From positions 640,001 through 704,000 of the forward strand of contig OZ242164.1 in NCBI GenBank assembly GCA_965205335.1: a DNA stretch of 64,000 bases, in the 5' to 3' direction. Source of the stretch: Candidatus Woesearchaeota archaeon. Lineage in GTDB: Archaea > Nanobdellota > Nanobdellia > Woesearchaeales > UBA583. This document shows, piece by piece, positions 59,285-64,000 of the stretch (positions are counted from its first letter, which is position 1; every line of letters begins with the position of its first letter). A program made the position numbers and the translations under genes. The notes below the pieces were generated by a model. The model was not told the origin of the DNA. It made no database searches and saw nothing but the letters and a program-made list of their open reading frames with translations.

Positions 59285-60757
59285 ATGAAAGTCTTAATTC
59301 TTAGCGGACCATTAGAACAAGAATTAGATTACGACCCCAGAAGACTATTTTTAGAAGAATGTGGTTTATCTGGTGCTATAAATATCCCTGATGCATCAAT
59401 AATTGTTAACCATATGGCTAAAATTCAATCCCATAGAGGAGAGGAGGGGATGGGTCTTTCCGCAATTAACGGAAGAAGATTAAGATTAGAAAAAAGGGAC
59501 AGACCACCAAGCAATGCATTTGATGATGACTTCCTAAAAGAAAAACTACAGGGAAAATTGGCAATAGCCCATGGGAGATACTCAACATCAGGCTCAGATA
59601 ACTCAAAGAAGAACCTGCAACCCCTTAGATACGAAAATAAATTTGGAGAAATGGCAATTGCCCACAACGGAAATTTGGTTAATATCAAACCAACAAGAGA
59701 CAGATTAATGAACGAAGGTGTGAATTTTAGATCTGCAACGGATACAGAAGTCATAGCCCATTTAATTGCAAGATCCCCCAAACCCAATCTAGAAGAGGCA
59801 ATAATTGAATCACTGTCTCATGTGGAGGCGGCTTATTCTTTTTTGATTTTAACACCTGACAGATTGTATGCCATAAAAGACAGATTTGGAATCAGACCCT
59901 TGGTTTACGCCCAATATAATGGTGGACACATTGTTGCATCTGAGGATTTTGCCTTTTCCCAATTTGAGAATGTAAGCAATGTAACCGAAGTTGAACCTGG
60001 TGAAACGATAATATTTGAAAGAGATTCAAAAGATGTAAAAAGAATTCAATATAGTAAAAAACCAGACGAGAGATTTTGTATCTTTGAGGCTTTTTACTTT
60101 GCGGACCCTTCAACAAGACACAGAAGATTCTTTCATGAAGAATTCAGAAGAGAAGCAGGAACAGAAATAGCAAGACAGGACCCCTCTATTGCAAACCGAT
60201 ATGACGTTGTCGTTCCTGTTTTGGATTCTGGGAAGAACGCCGCCTTTGGATTCTGGGAAGAAACAAGAATTCCATACAGAGAAATCTTAAAAAGAAATAG
60301 TTTCTATGCAAAAGATAAAAGAAGATCCTTTATAGCTCCAACCCTGCAAGAGAGAGAATCCATAATAAAAAGGAAGTTCTTTCTAAGAAGGGATTTAGTT
60401 AGAGACAGAAGAGTCTTACTTGTGGATGATTCAATTGTTCGCTCTACAACCGCAAAAACATTAGTTAATTGGGTTAAAGGAGCAGGAGCAAAATCTGTTG
60501 GCATTGCGATAGCATCCCCTCCTATCAAATATATCTGTCCTAATGGGATTGACTTTCAAAACAAAAATGAAATAGTTGCATCATATATGAGTATTGAAGA
60601 AATTAGAAAAGAAATAGATGCAGATGAACTAATATATTTAGAATACGAAAGACTTCATGGTTTGGTTCAAAGAACCTATGGTTGTGGAATTTGCGATGGA
60701 TGTTTTAGCGGAAATTATCCTGTACAACCTCATACCTCTTATGTTAGATTGTGTTAA
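59285..60757 (+). CDS. purF: Amidophosphoribosyltransferase
   Basis: Propeptide EE/CG, QSHRG, HGRYST, AHNG, DTE, VDDSIVR, C-terminal C..C. Confidence 0.95.
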   Translation: MKVLILSGPLEQELDYDPRRLFLEECGLSGAINIPDASIIVNHMAKIQSHRGEEGMGLSAINGRRLRLEKRDRPPSNAFDDDFLKEKLQGKLAIAHGRYSTSGSDNSKKNLQPLRYENKFGEMAIAHNGNLVNIKPTRDRLMNEGVNFRSATDTEVIAHLIARSPKPNLEEAIIESLSHVEAAYSFLILTPDRLYAIKDRFGIRPLVYAQYNGGHIVASEDFAFSQFENVSNVTEVEPGETIIFERDSKDVKRIQYSKKPDERFCIFEAFYFADPSTRHRRFFHEEFRREAGTEIARQDPSIANRYDVVVPVLDSGKNAAFGFWEETRIPYREILKRNSFYAKDKRRSFIAPTLQERESIIKRKFFLRRDLVRDRRVLLVDDSIVRSTTAKTLVNWVKGAGAKSVGIAIASPPIKYICPNGIDFQNKNEIVASYMSIEEIRKEIDADELIYLEYERLHGLVQRTYGCGICDGCFSGNYPVQPHTSYVRLC

Positions 60758-60828
60758 TACAAACATTGCGAATATCAAATTCATAAGAAATACACCCAAT
60801 CCTAAATCTCGAACTTATTAAAATAAAA

Positions 60829-60883
60829 CTACTGAATCTTGGAAATCTGATGAAGATACTCCTTAAACAAATTAATTACCTCA
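60829..60883 (-). repeat. Displaced copy of the last 17 codons plus stop of the DHH gene
   Basis: EVINLFKEYLHQISKIQ* vs EVISLFKEYLHEISKNQ* at 61647-61701. Confidence 0.9.
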
Positions 60884-60940
60884 GATGGACTAGTCCAAGC
60901 AAACATAAAGATTATAAATAGATAGTTGACTACTTTCAAT

Positions 60941-61537
60941 ATGATAAAAAAATTAAAACAAGGAATCGTGGGAATATTGCTTGCTTCTGGCATATCTGCT
61001 TGTGGATATACAAATTATGATCCTGCCCTTACTGAGACATCAAGTATTAACAATGCATATACAGAAGAAGGAACATCAAAGCACTTAGGATTTATCCCCA
61101 TAAAAGACGACTTATTCGGATGTCATATTGGCTCTGGAACTTTTCCAGATATCTACAGGGATTCTGTTAATAGTGAACTGGAAATCCCGTCCAAAAGCAC
61201 ACCTCACATCATTCCACTTCCCAAAGTGACCGAAGGATTAAAAAATTATAAGTCCATAGGAATACTAAAACCTGAACAGATAATGGAACTTATAGAATTA
61301 GAAAATTTGAGATCAAGTATTGATAATTATATTAATTCCACACAAAAAATAACTAATGACCTTGAGGAGGCATTGGATAGAAAATACAATGTAGAATTTA
61401 TTCATTTTCTAGAACTATTAGAAAATTACTTAAGAGAAAATAATGAGATGATGCGTTATATACATGGTTTAGACGAATGTATCCTAGATATATACAAAGA
61501 AATTTCTTCTCAGAGAAACAAGAAATTCCATTATTGA
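60941..61537 (+). CDS. Hypothetical lipoprotein
   Basis: MIKKLKQGIVGILLASGISAC lipobox-like signal. Confidence 0.7.
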   Translation: MIKKLKQGIVGILLASGISACGYTNYDPALTETSSINNAYTEEGTSKHLGFIPIKDDLFGCHIGSGTFPDIYRDSVNSELEIPSKSTPHIIPLPKVTEGLKNYKSIGILKPEQIMELIELENLRSSIDNYINSTQKITNDLEEALDRKYNVEFIHFLELLENYLRENNEMMRYIHGLDECILDIYKEISSQRNKKFHY

Positions 61538-61646
61538 CATCTAAATAAATTGATTATAGTTCCTTCAATCTCTTTCTAGTTTATTAGCATACATTAGTTC
61601 AATACAATTATTTTTAAAACTTTCTTCTGACATATCCCAGAGAAAA

Positions 61647-63218
61647 CTATTGATTCTTAGATATTTCATGAAGATACTCCTTAAACAAACTAATCACTTC
61701 ATCTCTTGCATACTCAACAAACTTAATTGAACCAGCATGCTCATGCCCTCCGCCTTCCGCTCCCGTGTGAGGTATCCTCTTATCAATCCACTCACTGCAA
61801 AAATAAGGCACTGAAAAACCCTTAATATCATCAGACACTCTGATAGTTAAAAAAGTTGAACCTGAAGTCATTGTAATTATAGGTTTATCCAACTCCTCCT
61901 CAAACATTAAATGAATCTGATTTGTTGACTTACCAACTGCTGGAAACTGCCCTCTTGAAGTTCCCCTCTCCCCATCAAAATCACACACATAAAAAGGTCC
62001 AAAATCCTCAACCTTTGTATAATGCTTTCCAATCATTCTTGTCTTAGCATACATCCTTTCAACCTCTGGGTACAGCATATCAACAATTGATTCCTGTATC
62101 TGAGGTGTTGCCCCAAACAAATCATCAACAAACTCTCTTGCCTCACTAAACTTAATATAATGAGACTGCAAATAAATAATCTCTCCCAATTTCTCCATAT
62201 ACTCTGTCTTAAACCCATTCTCATTAGCAAGTCTCACATAAGTAACCCTCTCCAACCCTTCCGTATGATCCAAAATAGACGCCATTGCAGGAATCATAAC
62301 AGAATTAGAATTCCTCACACACACAAACCTTGCCATCTCATAACCCAACATTCCAGAACACACATTAGAATCAAACCCTTCCAAATAAGGATTAATATGC
62401 CCATCTACAATATAATCCACTGCAACTTTTCCGTTTTCATCCAATTCTCCCGGATAATGATGATCCAATACAACAATCGGACAATCATACAACTTCACCT
62501 GCTTGTATCCCAAAATATCCTCCTCAGTTGAACCATTATCTGTAATAATAACAAGAGGAGGCTTTGCCCCATTTTTTACCTTATCTCTTAACCAATAAGC
62601 CATATCCTTCTGAGCATCCTCATACTCATAAAAAGGAGCCCTCGAAGGAGCTCTTTTATAATTCTGATACTTCAAATTCTCATCACCAGTAACCTCATCC
62701 ATAAATCCCAAAATTGCTCTCTCCATGCAAATCGCAGAAGAATAGCCATCACAATCTGCATCATGTCTTAAAACAATTGGTCTTCTCTCAACAACTGCTT
62801 TTCTTATAATTGTTGCAACCTGGATAAACCTTGGCTTCAATGCTTCTAATACTGGTGAATTAATTGAGAACTCCATATCCTTTGGCATATACAATCTCTC
62901 ATTTAACCTTTCAAGATGCTCCTTAAATGTTCCCAACTGCTCATCTGTGAGTTTATTCATCTCAATAACTTCACCTTCAACTTTCCCTTGATGCTCATTA
63001 ACCACTGCCTTAACATAAACACAATCACCCACATCTATTTGAGGAAAAGCCCTGACTCCTGGTTTAACAAATGCCTTAAAAGTAAAATTACAAGTTCCAT
63101 CATTTAAAACCATAAGAGTGGGACCTCCTGTTTGTTTAATTACTTCAACTTTAGCCTGAGCCTCAAAAGTATTTTTAATATCCTTCTTAGACAAATCCTT
63201 AAACTGTTTAATATCCAT
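61647..63218 (-). CDS. Archaeal RecJ-like DHH phosphoesterase with N-terminal OB fold
   Basis: KQTGGPT, HDADCDG, DNGS, LDHH, GGGHEHAG. Confidence 0.9.
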   Translation of the reverse strand: MDIKQFKDLSKKDIKNTFEAQAKVEVIKQTGGPTLMVLNDGTCNFTFKAFVKPGVRAFPQIDVGDCVYVKAVVNEHQGKVEGEVIEMNKLTDEQLGTFKEHLERLNERLYMPKDMEFSINSPVLEALKPRFIQVATIIRKAVVERRPIVLRHDADCDGYSSAICMERAILGFMDEVTGDENLKYQNYKRAPSRAPFYEYEDAQKDMAYWLRDKVKNGAKPPLVIITDNGSTEEDILGYKQVKLYDCPIVVLDHHYPGELDENGKVAVDYIVDGHINPYLEGFDSNVCSGMLGYEMARFVCVRNSNSVMIPAMASILDHTEGLERVTYVRLANENGFKTEYMEKLGEIIYLQSHYIKFSEAREFVDDLFGATPQIQESIVDMLYPEVERMYAKTRMIGKHYTKVEDFGPFYVCDFDGERGTSRGQFPAVGKSTNQIHLMFEEELDKPIITMTSGSTFLTIRVSDDIKGFSVPYFCSEWIDKRIPHTGAEGGGHEHAGSIKFVEYARDEVISLFKEYLHEISKNQ

Positions 63219-63355
63219 ATTAAAACTTAATTACAATTAGTTTATAAAGTTTGGCGGATTATATTTAGAATTAAAACATAAAAATCACATTCCAAATTAG
63301 TAACACATACAAAACAGAAATATTTATAAAATTGTAACCCTAAATAATTTTAGAA

Positions 63356-63901
63356 ATGGATTTCTTAGAAGACGTTAAAAAACAAATTAAAGAATATACA
63401 AAAAAATATAATGAGAATGTAAGTTCAATTTTACTTAAACAACTTGAAGAGAAACAAGATTTAAAGAGCAGAAAAAATTACGAAGGACATATCACTGCCA
63501 GTTGCTATGTTTTATCTAAGAATGAGAAAAATATACTTCTTGTTTTTAATAATTACTTCAATATGTTCTTACAACCTGGAGGACATTGTGAAAGTTGTGA
63601 TGATTCCACAATTTCAACAGCGTTTAGAGAATTAAAAGAAGAAACAGGAATTAACAGAAGTTCTTGTGAATTGCTTGATAGCATCCCAATTAGGATAAAT
63701 ACTCACACTGCCCCAGAAAATATCAGGAAAAATGAGAAAGAACACAGACATCATGATTTTGGATATTTGATAAGATTAAAAGAAGAAATCCCAATCAACT
63801 TAGATGTAAATGAAGTAAGTAGTTTTAAATGGGTTCCTATTCAAAACGTAGAAATTGCACCCAAGAACTTTTACGACAGAATAAAATCCCCGTCGTCATA
63901 G
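63356..63901 (+). CDS. NUDIX hydrolase
   Basis: GHITAS, QPGGH......A.RELKEETG, HHDF. Confidence 0.93.
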   Translation: MDFLEDVKKQIKEYTKKYNENVSSILLKQLEEKQDLKSRKNYEGHITASCYVLSKNEKNILLVFNNYFNMFLQPGGHCESCDDSTISTAFRELKEETGINRSSCELLDSIPIRINTHTAPENIRKNEKEHRHHDFGYLIRLKEEIPINLDVNEVSSFKWVPIQNVEIAPKNFYDRIKSPSS

Positions 63902-64000
63902 ATTGCAAATCAAATATGATTTTATTTAAAATAATCATACAATTCTAAAACCCTATTTTTCAAATCCTCACTATCTCTTATCTCCTCTTCTAAAAGTTGC

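Overview
AT-rich archaeal chromosome segment, most consistent with a DPANN archaeon (Woesearchaeota/Nanoarchaeota-like): gatE, aEF-1a-rps10, rpl21e-rpo4-DUF655, fused primase, topoisomerase IA, LonB, aIF5B, pyrH, TrpRS, an agmatinase-DHS-decarboxylase cluster, and bacterial-type uvrC, rluA and purF. Main signal: a family of transposase-less elements with GG(C/T)NCTG terminal inverted repeats and 8-bp target duplications, IS1595-like by inference. It comprises three 128-bp MITEs whose two ends co-vary, plus cargo cassettes carrying a leucine-rich-repeat gene (2.4 kb), a MORN-like lipoprotein gene (0.8 kb) and a non-coding repeat array (0.9 kb). Also seen: a ~149-nt bacterial-style minimal SRP RNA; a displaced copy of a core gene's C-terminus flanking a lipoprotein insertion; an orphan alternative C-terminal module behind a Cys-rich surface protein; a Hel308 lacking its first RecA domain; a divergent pair of paralogous nucleotidyltransferase-HEPN genes; and many single-lesion pseudogenes among accessory genes. 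No tRNA, rRNA, CRISPR array or intact transposase was recognised. All product calls come from motif recognition by eye; no database searches were run.
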